DNA of 64,000 nt from positions 310,868,001-310,932,000 of the forward strand of contig OZ024741.1 of assembly GCA_964016885.1 (NCBI GenBank), written 5' to 3'. The translations under genes were made by a program, and so were the position numbers. This DNA is from Eledone cirrhosa. Taxonomy: Eukaryota. The notes beneath the pieces were generated by a model. The model saw only the letters and a list, made by a program, of their open reading frames with translations. It did not search any database and was not told the DNA's origin. Positions 40,401-53,460 of this stretch are shown in pieces; positions within the stretch are counted from its first letter, which is position 1, and every line of letters begins with the position of its first letter.

Positions 40401-40579
40401 TGTTGATTTTATACTGTACTTTTTTTTCAATTTTCTAAGTTTAGTTTGTTTAACATGTTCACCTACTTTATAGTTTGTTAAAATTTCTATGTCAGATCGG
40501 AGAAGGTTTATTTGGCGATTGATGTTCTCTTGCCAAGTAGATTTCTTGTGGGAATTCCTTTGTTTTTTCATCTTCACTC

Positions 40580-40581
<2 letters not shown>
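37413..40581 (-). mobile_element. R4/Dong family B, long 5'-truncated copy with ~265-bp internal tandem duplication
   Basis: KSPGKDKI, NYRPITCL, WIDYKKAFDSLPH, MDDLKLF, NRPDII; duplication starts at ~38432 and ~38698; both ends in (AAT)n. Confidence 0.9.
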
Positions 40582-40644
<63 letters not shown>

Positions 40645-40645
<1 letters not shown>

Positions 40646-40907
40646 CTCTGAGTATGTGTCTGTAAATTAAAGGTGGAAAACTGGGAGAGGGCACTTGCCC
40701 TGGTGGTCAGGGCCACTGTGGTCTTTTAATGGGCTTTCTCCACAAATGTCCCTTGGAAGTCTCCCCCCTATTGGGGAATTTTTCTTTGTTATTCTATTTC
40801 AACCTCTGTTTTTTTACACGCAGAAATGTCCATTTGTACCGTCCTGTATTGTCCTGTACTGTCCTTAATGTCTACTTTATGTGAACCCTTGTGGTTAATA
40901 AAGAAAA

Positions 40908-40908
<1 letters not shown>
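40645..40908 (+). mobile_element. Tx1 3' end (severely 5'-truncated) between two (ATT)n tracts
   Basis: Matches 36594-36862; (ATT)n at 40582-40644 and 40908-40956. Confidence 0.88.
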
Positions 40909-40956
<48 letters not shown>

Positions 40957-40958
<2 letters not shown>

Positions 40959-41292
40959 AGTTGCATTTATCTTGCTCTATGTTCATACGAGGCATCACCA
41001 AGTCATAACTCGTGACCTCAAGAGACAACAAGGTCCGCCATGTTCAAGAAAGAACATACGTACTCACACATGCATCTTTAGGTGTTTAGACTTGTGATGT
41101 ACTTATATTGACAGAATCTTCCTTAGTATATGGGTAGTTCCCATTAGTACTATCCTTTGTAATTCTCCTATACGCGGGATTCCTGGTATTAGCGATAAGT
41201 ATTCATTAGACCCCTTAGGTATCATTCCTAGAGCGCCTACAACCACTGGTATTGTTTTAGTTCTCAATTTCCACATTTTTCCAATTTCTATT
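40957..41292 (-). mobile_element. R4/Dong family B 3' stub
   Basis: Paralog of 7329-7662. Confidence 0.85.
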
Positions 41293-41357
41293 CACACATA
41301 TATGTATGTGCGTGTATATAGTAATTATAGCAATTAAGTAACAAGATTATGATATAC

Positions 41358-41489
41358 CTTGGCAATTCTCACCAATATAATCTGCAGCACATCCATCCGA
41401 ACATGTTCCATTTCGTTTGTCACAATTGCTGTCGTCGATACAATGGCATGTACCATTACAAGCAACACCAAACTTTCCTACTGAGCATT
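41358..41489 (-). CDS. EGF-like exon, copy 2
   Basis: ttttcag..AG|gtata, 132 nt; ECSVGKFGVACNGTCHCIDDSNCDKRNGTCSDGCAADYIGENCQ. Confidence 0.85.
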
Positions 41490-41802
41490 CTGAAAATATC
41501 AATAAATATGATAATGTTGAAGATATCATTAATTACATACAGATATCAATGACACAATTTTATTCCAAATTTTAAGATTAAAGCAGTCTTGTGATCAACA
41601 TATGAACTTGTATGCTTATTGAATATTATATCGATCCTCTATAATATATACATGGATTTTTAGTTCAGTTAAATGCAATGTTAAAAACACTATGTAAGGA
41701 ACAAATAATATTATAAGAAAAATAAGATATATATAATCATTCAAAATCTTACCATATTCTATCAGTTACTACGGTATGTATTTGCGTCATTCTTACATTT
41801 AA

Positions 41803-41837
<35 letters not shown>

Positions 41838-41897
41838 GACACACACACTCACACACATACACACACACACACACATATATATATACTGTATCATTAT

Positions 41898-42077
41898 CGG
41901 TGAATTGGCAGTATCGGTAGGGGGTCGGACATGCTTTCCAGCATAGTTACGTCCCTTTACGATTTGAGTTCAAATCCTGCCGAGGTTAACTTTGCCTTTC
42001 ATCCTTACGGGGTCGATAAAATAAAGTACCAGTAATGTACTGGGTAATTGCTGGCCTTGTGCTTAAAATAGATACAA
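41898..42077 (+). mobile_element. tRNA-derived SINE, present only in unit 2
   Basis: B-box gagttcaaatcc; empty sites at ~8303 and ~59053. Confidence 0.9.
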
Positions 42078-43559
42078 TTATATATAAAAGGCAGATTGTT
42101 GTTGTGTGTGTGTGTGTGCATGTTCCATGTTTATACATTTGCACAATTTCAAACTGATTCGAACCAACGTCTTTAAGAATCTTGTAAATGTTCGAATATA
42201 GCTCAACGACTATTTATTTCATTCAAACTCACCCACAATTACGTCAATAATCGATAAAACTAAATACATGACGCTTTACCAATCTAATACAATCTAATTA
42301 CCTCTCTCTACTACCCTTAAAATTCGATAAAACTACATACATGCTTAAACTTTCTCTTATATACGCTTAAACTTACAAACTTCCTTTAGGAACGTCGAAG
42401 AAAGAAATGAAGGAGAGAGAGAGAGAGGGAGAGAAGAGAGAGAGAGAAGAAAGAGAGAGAAGAGAGAGAGAGAGAACGTTTGTTTTTGAGTGTGGAACGG
42501 TCAAAAATTTATTTACTTCAATGACAAATAGAACTTATTACATTTCAAACGAAACAACAATTATTCAAAAGCAACAGATACATTTATTCAACAAGAAAAA
42601 AAATAGCGATAAATCTTTTTTAAAACATCTCTCAACGAATGTGGAAGAAAGAAGTATCAGTTCATTTACTATACACAATAATATCCACTATGAGGTCACT
42701 AAACCTTTTAGAAACAGCAGCTAACTCTCCCCCATATCACACCACTCCCTACTTTCTTAAATTTAGAAAACATATCCACTATGAGGTCACTAAACCTTCT
42801 AGAAAAAGCAGCTAATTCTCACACATATCACACCCCTCCCTACTGTCTTAAATTTAGAAAATACACATTAGACAACCACGCAGAACAACTCCATCGCAGC
42901 TCTGTTGTTCGGCTGACATCGTCTACGCGCGTGTTGCGCAAGTACTGTGAAACAATACATTTCAACACTTCTTTGCACAGAGATAATATCCATAGGCGAA
43001 ACTAAAATTGTCACCGCTGGCACAGCGAATGTAGGTGACAGTGTCACTTACATTCGCATATTGGACACATTAGCCATGAATAAAGTAACTCTAACAATAG
43101 AAATCATTCATCATCTATATCACATGTAAGTAGCAAACAATTCTGCAAATAAAGAGAAGTGTTGTAGTTATATACAAAGAGACTATCCTAGTAAAAAGAA
43201 GGATATTTTAAGGGGACACTCACTCATCACTTCCCTCCTATCTAGCACTGAAACCAATAACTGAGATACTGAACGAGACTAGACACGAATATAAATGGTA
43301 GGGTAAGACAACCAAGCAGAACAACTCCATCGCAGATCTGTTGTTCGGCTGACATCGTCTACGTGCGTGTTGCGTAAGTACTGTGAAACAATAAATTTCA
43401 ACACTTCTTTGCACAGAGATAATATCCACAGGCGAAACTAAACTTGTCACCGCTGGCACAGCTCCTGCTTCGGCAGTCCAGGTCTGCAATTCATTCACCC
43501 AGTTCCTGGGTTTAACACGTGTTGAAGTATTAAGTGTTCATTAAAAATAGGTGCGTAAG

Positions 43560-45633
43560 GCGTAAAGTATGATAGATAACAGAAGACCAAGCAACCGGAA
43601 AAATATAAGGTTTCCAGAAAATAATAAAAGTTATTGCAAATTCTTATAAGTCTCTAAATACAAATTACTAATCAACAAGCCATGAGAGATAACTGCAGAA
43701 AATGAAAGAATAATATTAAGTATGGCATGGATTGATTAGCATGAGATTTTGACAGTGTCACCTACATTCGCATATTGGACACATTAGCCATGAATAAAGT
43801 AACTCTAACAATCGAAATCATTCATCATCTATATCACATGTAAGTAGCAAACAATTCTGCAAATAAATAGAAAAGTTGTACTTATATACAAAGAGACTAT
43901 CCTAGTAAAAAGAAGGAAATTTTAACGGGACACCCACTCATCAATTCTCTCCTATCTAGCACTGAAACCAATAACTTAGATACTGGACAAAACTAGACAT
44001 GAATATACATGGTAGGGTAAGAAAAATATAAATAATTGAAAATGGAAAATCTAAAGCTGCATGCTGCAAACAGAAGTAAATTGAAACACTGGTGGAAAGA
44101 CTACATAGATTCACAAAGGAATTAAGCAGAACTTGAGAGAGCGAACATAATCTTTGATGTCCCAATACGCACAGACGTTAAGATCAAAGACAACTGATCC
44201 GATAATATAGGGAAACAACACAAAGAAAGAGTATTGCCTACTAACTGACGGATATATATATAAGTAGAAAACAAATTAGTGGGATAGACTTGGTAAATTG
44301 AATGTTGCCGAAATACGCCGACTTGTTCGTCAGCTACATCGAAGCTCAAATTTTCTCCCAGTATACTGCACCTACCCCTGAGCTATACGGCTGTTACATC
44401 GAGTATTCTATCGGCGCCACTTCTTTCTCCTACGAACTGCTTGACTCCTCTTTTTCTTTTGTCCAGTCTTTCCAACCCACCCTTACTCCATTATCTCCTT
44501 AACTAGGTTTAACTAGGTATACCTAGCAAGGGCAGAGGGAAAAAAGCAATAGCTCATGTTCTTCGTCGCGAAGATCAGTTGAAGGATGTATATCGGATTA
44601 CAAGAGAGTGTGCTAGAGAAAATCGTGAAATGGTCGAAATGGTAGTGGAACACTTACCCTGTCTTATGCTGAAAAGAAGGACACATAGAGTACTTACTAT
44701 GAGAGACTACTGAACGAAGAGAATAAATGGGACAGTAAGGTCTTACCACATGTAGAGCTGACTAAGGGATCAGCTAAGAAGTTGACAGCAGTGAGATAGA
44801 TAAAGCAATTAGGGATATGGAGGTAGAGAAGGCTACTCGTCCATCTGGTATATTTGTTGAGAGGCTAAAAGCACCTGGCATTGTAGGATATGTGCTAGTC
44901 GGTCATATAGTTACTCAAGTAGTACAAGAAAGGTGTCATACCCAATGACTGGAGCAGCAAAGTTATTGTCATCTTCTACAAGCACTATGAAGATGCACTA
45001 GAGAGAATAAGAACATGTTTGATTTCGAGTGCTGCATGGCAGGATGAAAATCAATGCTGCGAAAACTGAGACTCTCGTCATCTCAGGAATCTTGTGCTGT
45101 GCAATCTATATATGAATGGAGTTCCACTGAAACACGGTTTCAAAAGAAGGGATGTAGGTGAAAAATCTAAACTAGTTATCTTCAGTACGGTATTCGTGTG
45201 AACACTCATTATGGTCATGAATCTTGGATAATGACCAAACGAATATGATCGTGGATGCAAGCGTCAGAAATGGGGTTCCTCCAAAAGGTATTTTGAGTAA
45301 CGTTACTCACTAGAGTGCGTAGCTTGGAGATCAGGTCTTCCTCCAGGGAGAGTCGCTACTTCTCCGAATTGAGAGATTACAGATACGATACTATATGAAA
45401 TTGTTTAGAATGTCTCGGTGAAAAAATCGCTAGATAGATGTTACGGGTAAACGCAACCGGTAGGAAGCCCAGTGTCCGCGCAAGATGGTTGGATAACATC
45501 CATGAGCTCATCTGGTCGAGATTGGGGATAGAGCCGGATCATTTGGAGAGGGTTGCTTCTGACAAACCCACTGGAAGGAATGGTTGAAGATTCTTCCCCC
45601 ACCCACTACAATCTTAGGAAAAAGAAGAAGAAG

Positions 45634-45665
<32 letters not shown>

Positions 45666-46690
45666 GAAGAAGAAGAAAAAAAGAAGAAGAAGAAGAATAG
45701 TGCCATTGATTCCCCCTTTATAGTGCGACGACTGCTTGATAGGTACTTAGTTAAGTGTAAGCCATTGTATCTGGATTTTGTAGATAGGGTGCCATTCTCT
45801 GTAATATGTTGGACACTTAGAACATTAGATGTATATGAATGTCTTGTGAGAGCATTGTGGGCCATGTATAAACAAGTTGGAAGCCAGTAGAGTAATGAAG
45901 TGCAGTTCGATGTCCACCGTGGCTCAGTCCTTAGTCCACTCCTATTTGTCACTGTTCCTCACGGAGTATTTCAAAACTGGTACTCTGTGGGCGTTCCTAT
46001 ATGCTGATGACCTAGTTCTTAAAATGAATCCGTAGGACGGTAAGGGACAAAACTTGAAACATACAAGGACCTAGAGTTGAAATGCCTAAAACTAGTTGCA
46101 TCAAAGGCAAAAGGGCTAATTACGAAAGAGGACAAGAAAGTGATACAATCTGGGAAATGGCTGTGTTCGATATGCCAGAAAATGGAAGATAGCAGCTGAA
46201 CAAAGAAATGCAGAGCAATCGCAGTGGCTGGAACACAAGCAAAAGGCAGAGCACAAATCTTGTGATGACAAAGGATCACATGGGCTGACGCTATGCGGTG
46301 TTAATGAAGACCCGACCAGAATCATAGAAATTATCAACAGCCTTTGTTATTTAGGCGATCAAAATCACAAGTGTGGAGCATACACTGAAAGTGCGACAAC
46401 CAGGATCTGAACAGGCTTATACCTCTACGAATAGAAATGAACTGAGAAGAAAACATTCTATAAGAGGATTCGGATAAAATGTGTAAAAGAGAGATTACTC
46501 TGGTATGGATGTGTGATACGTATGGAAGATAGCAGCTGAACAAAGAAATACAGAGCAATCGCAGTGGCTGGAACACAAGCAAAAAGCGGACCAAAAAACT
46601 TGTGATGACAAAGGATCAAACGGGCTGACGCTATGCTGTGTTAATGAAGACCCGACCAGAATCATAAGATATGACCTGACCCATCCATGA
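43560..46690 (+). mobile_element. Old Dong-like, Penelope RT and RTE fragments (paralog of 9186-12425)
   Basis: Collinear near-identity with unit 1. Confidence 0.7.
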
Positions 46691-46953
46691 ACTACAACCT
46701 CCCTCCTACTAATACTCCCCCCTATCTGTCCACCTCAATGCGGCATCCACTACACATATACCCTCGAGAACCATTCACACACTAAACACCTTAGATATCC
46801 TCACCATTGGCCAATAGTAGCTGCCTTCTATTCTCATTCTTCACACCACTCTACTAGCAAACCTTATCCCTCACTATCCCTTACCCATCTCTCTAACACG
46901 ACCCCAATATCTAGCGACCACATTCTTCGCTACCCCGTCCCTCCCCGTACACT

Positions 46954-48095
46954 AGAAGCTGGATCACTGCAATGCACATCGGCATCTGCTCGGTGCTCAA
47001 GGTTAATGGCCACCTTTTGGAACCGTTTCAGGTCTCCAGATCGGACCGTCAAGGTTGCCCTCTCTCTTCCCTTCTGTACGTATTGATGACTCTCGAGCCT
47101 TTACTGCGGAAGCTAGAGCTGTTGCAGGGCATCCCTCTGGAACCGGGACGCGGAAATGCTGTGTCGACTTATTCGCACAACATCACCGTGATGGTGTCGG
47201 ACACCTCGGAAATTGAGGTTGTCGGCACCTTATTGAAGGAATATGAAAGGTTGACGGGAGCGAATCTTAATTCGGAAAAGAGGGTGAGCTTGCAGCTCGG
47301 CACCTGGAGAGGCAGGTCCATGCCGTCTAACAGTGTCGTGTGGTGCTGGACGCACGGAGAGGTAAAATTGCTCGGATTTTGGTTCGGCCAGACCTCCAGG
47401 TGGAAAAGAATTGAGCCGGTCCATGTGCTTCCAGCACCCTCTACGTGGAGTGTTGGGCATGCGTTGACTAATGATGCGCAGACATTCGCTGAGGCTGCCA
47501 CATCTCCAGACATTCTGCCTAAACGGTGAATAGGTGTGATCGCTGTTTATCTGACGGGCCTTCCCCGCAGCTCGTCTCTTTCACTGAGCTGCAGTCCTGG
47601 CTCAAGAAGAGACCAAGACTGCGTGACTCATTGTCTTCTACCAATCGAGCAATTAGATTAGTGGAACCTCCACTCTCAAGTTCTATAGAGGATTAGTGGT
47701 GGGCAAGATCGACGACACACTCGGAGAGGCTCTGGCTTCGACGAAATCAAACTTACCAGCCTGTTCCGGAGGACTTTTGAGTCGGGGACGATGGATAACT
47801 CTCAGAAATCCCTCGCTATGCAGTGCTACCGGGGGGCACTGCCGGTTCGAGATAAGCTCTACAGGCATGGAAGTGCTGTCAGACGGATCTGCCCGATTAG
47901 CGCACAGAGCGACGAAACCGTTCTGCACGCACTTGTCCAATGTCCGAGCATTACTGACTCGTGGAATTATGGCGAACCGCGGTTGTCGCGTTAAGAACGG
48001 ATCCGGCTATCGGCCGAGTCCATAGTGAAGATCGACCCGCCACTTTCCTTTGGCCAGGAAGAGCAGGCAATTTTCCTGTCTGGTGGCAGTTGCGA
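46954..48095 (+). mobile_element. Tx1-B RT/C-terminal fragment
   Basis: Matches 21698-23065. Confidence 0.85.
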
Positions 48096-48098
48096 ACG

Positions 48099-51000
48099 AG
48101 GTACACTGGCATAAACATTGCACATAAAGGATTAATGGAACATATAAAACTTCACACAGATATTACAGACAAAAATTACTACACCCCACCAACACCAAGA
48201 ACATTACCAAAAAATATTACGATTGTCGAAATTAAACTTGATAACTATAAACAATTAAAACAAAATATTTCCCAACTGCGTTGGTGATTTCATGGAGTAG
48301 CTACTCAAAAGAATCTATACAGATTTCGTCTTGGAGACACCCATGACCAGCCGAAGGGACGATTCTATTATCCCTTCCCAACACGATCAAAGTAAGAGAT
48401 CATTTCTCACTTACCCCGTTCCTCACTCATATGGCCGTACTCTGAATAGGCAGTGTAAATATACGTGGCATGGGGTCATCTTGGAAGCAGGTCACGTGCT
48501 CAACGATCTCAGGTCACTAAACATAGACGTGGTGGACGTCAGTGAGACCAAAATCTCCGAAGCACGAGACTACGCACCGGTCTTTGGCGGCTACGATATA
48601 TACGCATCTCCCAGGCGTCCAGGATCGGGGGGAGGAGTTGCTGTGCTTTTTAGGAGAGGCTTGGATCTCGCCATACGGGCCATCTTCCTGGACCCAGAAG
48701 GTAAGTCGGTGGTGTTGGACCTGACTCGCAGCAAAGGCAATGCTTTCAGGCTAGTAGCCGTCTACGCCTCAACAGGAGCAGGATGGCCATATTTCTTCAG
48801 ACATCAAGACACCTTTCTTGGAACGTCCTGCTCTTTAGTGTTAGTGGGCGACTGATATTGTATCTTAGATGGACGCTGGGATTATGTGGGGCTAGTAGAC
48901 AGGGAAGGAGTGTGTAAAGACCTCAACAACCTGTTCAGACGTTTTAAACTGTCTAACAGGTATCGACTGGATTATCCGAATGTGCCAATGTGGCTTTGGG
49001 GAAAAGGCATTGGGTCATCCAGATCGTATTTAGATAGGGTATTTTGTAGGGAAACAGATAAAGCTAGTGTAGGTTGTCCACAATTTAAAGTAGTCGACTA
49101 CACAGACCACAAATGTGTGATCTGTGAAGTTGACTTAGATAGACTCCATAGGCAAGGGCCCCGCTACTGAAGCTGAACGCGTGGTTCCCGGCGCGCAAAG
49201 ATTACAGTGACCGGATTAGCGAATTAGTTAAGCGTGCGTTGACGGGTGCGATCGTCAACAACAGGTGGCGTTTTACCCTGAAAAGGGCCATTAGAGTAGA
49301 ACCGATAACGTTTAGCAAAGGAGTAGTGATAGAGGAAAATAGAGTAGGTGAGAGTTAGTTAGAAAGCTAGAATAGGCGTTTAGGACAGGCATCGCAACTG
49401 ACGTGCTTGCGGCGAGATTGGCACACAACCAATTATTCAACGCAAAGCATGAAGGCTGCGTTGTCAGAGCTAGAGCACATGTTCTAAGACACGAGGGGAC
49501 GAAAGACGTTCAATCGGCCCGAGTGGCGGAGGCGCGTCGTGGCAACAAATCCACAATCTGGTCTTTGCCTGATCAAAACGGGCGCATGATGCTCAAACCC
49601 GAGCAGATGTGTGCGGCTTTTCAACAGCACTTTGCTCAATTGTTCGGGAGCGGGGGCTGGCCGGGTCGGAGTATGGACTTCGGTGTATACCTCGACAGAC
49701 TGCCGCGGCAGTCGACGACCGCAGTGCAGTACTGCGAAAAGCCGATAACAGTAGATGAAATATGGGAAGCCATGCCTGACTGCACGAGGGGTAAATCGCC
49801 AGGTTTGGATGGTCTGCCTACGAGCTTTATGCGTATATTCCAGAATTGTTCGGCGACCTCTTGGCAGATGTCTACTGCACCTGGCAGCAGAACGTGAGCA
49901 TTCCCAGTTTTGTGAGCCGGGGAGCGGTGGCGCTGCTGAGAAAAGACCCAAACAAGGGGGACGTTATAGACAACTTCAGGCCATAACTCTTCTAAACGCA
50001 GAGTTTAAGATTTTGGCCAAGGTGTTAGCAAAGGGTTTGGCGCTTGTCGTTGATTTGGTGGGTGAGGCGCAGGCATGCACCATTCCGGACATATCCATCC
50101 ACGACAACCTTCATCTCATGCTATACATCATAGAGAGGGTGGTTAAGTAACCTGGCATAGGTGGCGCCCTGATCAACTTGGATCAATCTAAAGCATTTGA
50201 TAGGTCGACCATCGGTACCTGGCGGCGGTCCTCGAGGCGGCCGGCTTCGTGCACGTTTTTCGGGGCTGGATCGCTGCGATGCATAGCGACATCTGCCCAA
50301 ATGTGAGGGTGAATGGTCACCTGTCGCAGCCTTTCAGCATCATGCGCTCGATCCAACAGGTTTGCACCCTCTCGTCCCTCTTGTGTGTACTGGCCGTCGA
50401 GCCGTTACTGCACAAATTGGAGACGAAAAGGGGGCTCCCACGCGAACTGGGATGCGGGAGATCCTTGTTAGTTTACGCTGACTACGGCACCGTGATATGG
50501 TGGAGCACCAAACACGTCCAGATGCTCGGCACCACTCTCAATGAATACGAAACGGTGACAGGAGCAAAGATAAACCAGGAAAAGTCGGCGTGCTTGCGAC
50601 TCGGCACCTGAAGAGGCAAGACCATGGCGTCCGACAGCGTCGTGGGGGGGGGGGGATCGGTGAATGGACCGGTTAAATTGCTCGGAGTCTGGTTCGATCC
50701 GGACCTCCAGATGGAGAAAACCTGGAGCGAGGTGACGAACAGGGTGGCCTCTCTCACCCAGAAATGGGCCGAGAGGTTGCTGTCTCTGAAAGATCGGGCG
50801 GAGGTGGCGAATGCGTACATCGCGTCCGTCATCTGCTACCGCCGCACCGTGGTAGCTTGCCCGCGCCCTACTCTGACCAAAATGGAGCGCCTCCTCTTCC
50901 GCTTTTTATGGAAGGGATATGCTCCCATGGTCAGACGATCCATTTGCTGTCAACACCCGTTGCGTGTAGGACTAGGCATGCCGTGGCTGATGTTGCGCAA

Positions 51001-52140
51001 ACATGCGCTGAGGCTGAGACGTCTCTGGTGATTCCTTGACGGTGAACAGGTGTGGTTGCCGTTTGCCAGACATGTTTTTCCCCAGCTCGTCTCATTAACA
51101 GAGCTGCAGTCCTGGATCAGGAAAAGACCGAGGGATAGCGCTTGGAAGCTGGAATGTCTCCAAGCGCTCACCGCCCTCTACCAGCTGGGCACTTGTATCG
51201 GTGGTACATCCACCTCGGCGAACTATAGAGGGCTAGTGGAGGGAAAGAGCGACGACGTTCTCGAAGCGACCCTGGGCGGCGAAGACGATCAGCTATTCGC
51301 TCTCTTCAAGAGAACTTTCAGACCGGGGCCTATGGGCAACCTCCAGAAATCCCTGGCCTGGCAGTGCTACCGAGGAGCGTTGCCGGTTCGGGATAAGTTC
51401 TACAGGCACGGAGGTGCTGTCAACCGAGCCTGTCCGAGATGCACGCAGGGTGACGAAACCGTGTTGCACGCACTCGTTCTGTGCCCGAGGATTGCTGACT
51501 TGTGGAGCTATGTCGAACAGCTGCTGTCGCGTGTAGGACGGATCCGGTTATCGACTGAGTCCATTGTGCAGATAGCCCCGCCATCCCCCTTTAAAGAGGA
51601 GGAAGGACAGCCAGTTTTCATCTGCCTGGTGCCCATGGCGAAAGAGATTGTGTGGTGGACAAGGTTGAAAGGGTTGTAGACGGACACTTTCCTCTTCGGC
51701 GAATCCCTGATTAACCTTTTCAAGTTTCACTGGAAGAGAAAAATCAGGGTGGAGAGGCAAGTGCCGTCTTCTAGCAAGTTTGTTGAAAGGTGGGTGAATG
51801 TAGCGAGAAAGGTCAGAGTGAATATATGCTTTCAGTTTGAGGAATGGGAAAAAACTGAGACAGGGCGCTTGCCCTGGTGGTCAGGGTTGCCGTGTTCTTT
51901 TGTGTGATTCTCGCCACGAGTAACCCTCGGAGGTTTCCCCTCTATTGGGGAATTTTTCATTGTTTGAATTTTGATTTTTATTGTTTATATATATATATAT
52001 ATGTTTCTACGTATTTTTTTTCTTTTTCGTTCTTATATGAATAATAAAAATCTGTACACGCACAAAACCCACATCGTACCGTCCTGTACCGTCTGTAATG
52101 TTTTTCTTGATGTCAGCCCTTGTGGCCAATAAATAAATCA
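48099..52140 (+). mobile_element. Tx1-C LINE with nearly complete but decayed ORF2 and 3' UTR
   Basis: LVAVYA, YTDHK, KSPGLDGLP, VYADY, CPRC..ETVLH; (ATT)n tail. Confidence 0.9.
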
Positions 52141-52153
52141 TTATTATTATTAT

Positions 52154-53460
52154 TGTCGACCGACGTAGGAAATCGTATTATCGTAAGCTCCACAAAGGTT
52201 TGTTGTTTTCAGTTGTTTCAAATTGCCAGTTATGGAAAATGTTTGTGTTTATAATTGTTTATAAGTTCACATATATGACCTCACTGAGAATAGGCAGCAT
52301 AAATGCGCGAGGCCTGGGGTCGTCATGGAAGCAGGGCCACCCGATCACCGACCTCAGGTCACTAAACATAGATGTGGTGGCCATCAGCGGGACCAGAATC
52401 TCCGAAGCATGAGCCTTCGCACCGATCTTCGGCGGCTACGATGTGTACGCATCTCCCAGTCGTTCTGGTTCGGGGGCGGAGAGGAGTTGCTGTGCTTTTT
52501 CGGAGAGGTTTGGATCTCACCATACGGGCCATCCTCCTGGACCTAGAAGGTAAGTTGGTGGTGCTGGACGTAACAAGCGGAGATGGGCAAGCTTTCAGGT
52601 TAGTGGCCGTCTATGCGCCGACAGGAGCAGGGCGGCCTGATTTCTTCCGGTGTCTGGAGAACTTTCTTGGAACGTCCCACCCTGTAGTGTTAGTGGGCGA
52701 CTGGAACGGGATCTTAGATGCACGCTGGGACTGTGTGGGATTAGCGGATAGGTCTGACAGGTACCGTCTGGATTTCTCGAATGTGTCAATGTGGACATGG
52801 ACAAACCGCATCGGGTCATCTAGATCATATCTAGATAGGGTATTTTGTAGGGAAATAGATAGGTCTAACAGAGGTTGTCCACATTTCAAAATAGTCGACT
52901 ACTCGGACCAAAAATTTATGATCTGTGAGGTTGACTTAGATAGGCTTCATAGACAGAGATCCGGCTACTGGAAGCTAAATGCGTCATTAACAGCGCTTAA
53001 GGCCTACAGAGACCGGATTAGCGAACTAGTTAAGCGAGCGTTGACGGAGGTCCATCCTCAACAACAAATGGTGGTTTGCTCTGTAGAGAGCGATTAGAAT
53101 AGAGTCCATTAGGTTTAGTAAGGCTTTAGAAATAGAGAAAAATAGAGCAGAAGGAGGACTGGCTATAAAATTAGACGAGGCGCTTAGCAAAGGCATCGCG
53201 ACCGACGTACTTGCGGCGGAATTGGCCCTTGATTAATTCTTCAATGCAAAGCACGAAGGCTGCGTTGTCAGAGCTAGGGTGCTGGCTCTTAGACACGAGG
53301 AGTCGAAAGCCGTTCAATTGGTCCCTTCAACGAGTCGTGGCAACAAAGCCACGATCCGGTCTTGGTGGACCAAGACGGGTGCATGCTACTCGATTCCGGG
53401 AAACTGTGCGAAGCTTTTCAGCGACACTTCGCTCAGCTGTTCGGGGGTAGCGGCGGTGCA
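52154..53460 (+). mobile_element. Tx1-A fragment (5' UTR joined directly to ORF2 ATG; EN domain)
   Basis: 52155-52275 matches 24720-24838, then ATGACCTCA; fused to Dong-A at 53460. Confidence 0.85.

Larger units (their letters stand above)
24719..52154. repeat. Tandem segmental duplication unit 2 (~27.4 kb)
   Basis: Same start motif (cgacc.acgtaggaaatcgtattatcg) at ~24720 and ~52156; same order of Tx1, Dong, Dong-B stub, EGF exon, RTE. Confidence 0.85.

Noticed and set aside
41898-41985. tRNA gene
   Set aside because: A/B boxes belong to a SINE head; no cloverleaf.
42677-42860. ~95-bp direct repeat resembling a repeat-spacer array
   Set aside because: Only two imperfect units in eukaryotic intron; an ordinary local duplication, not CRISPR.
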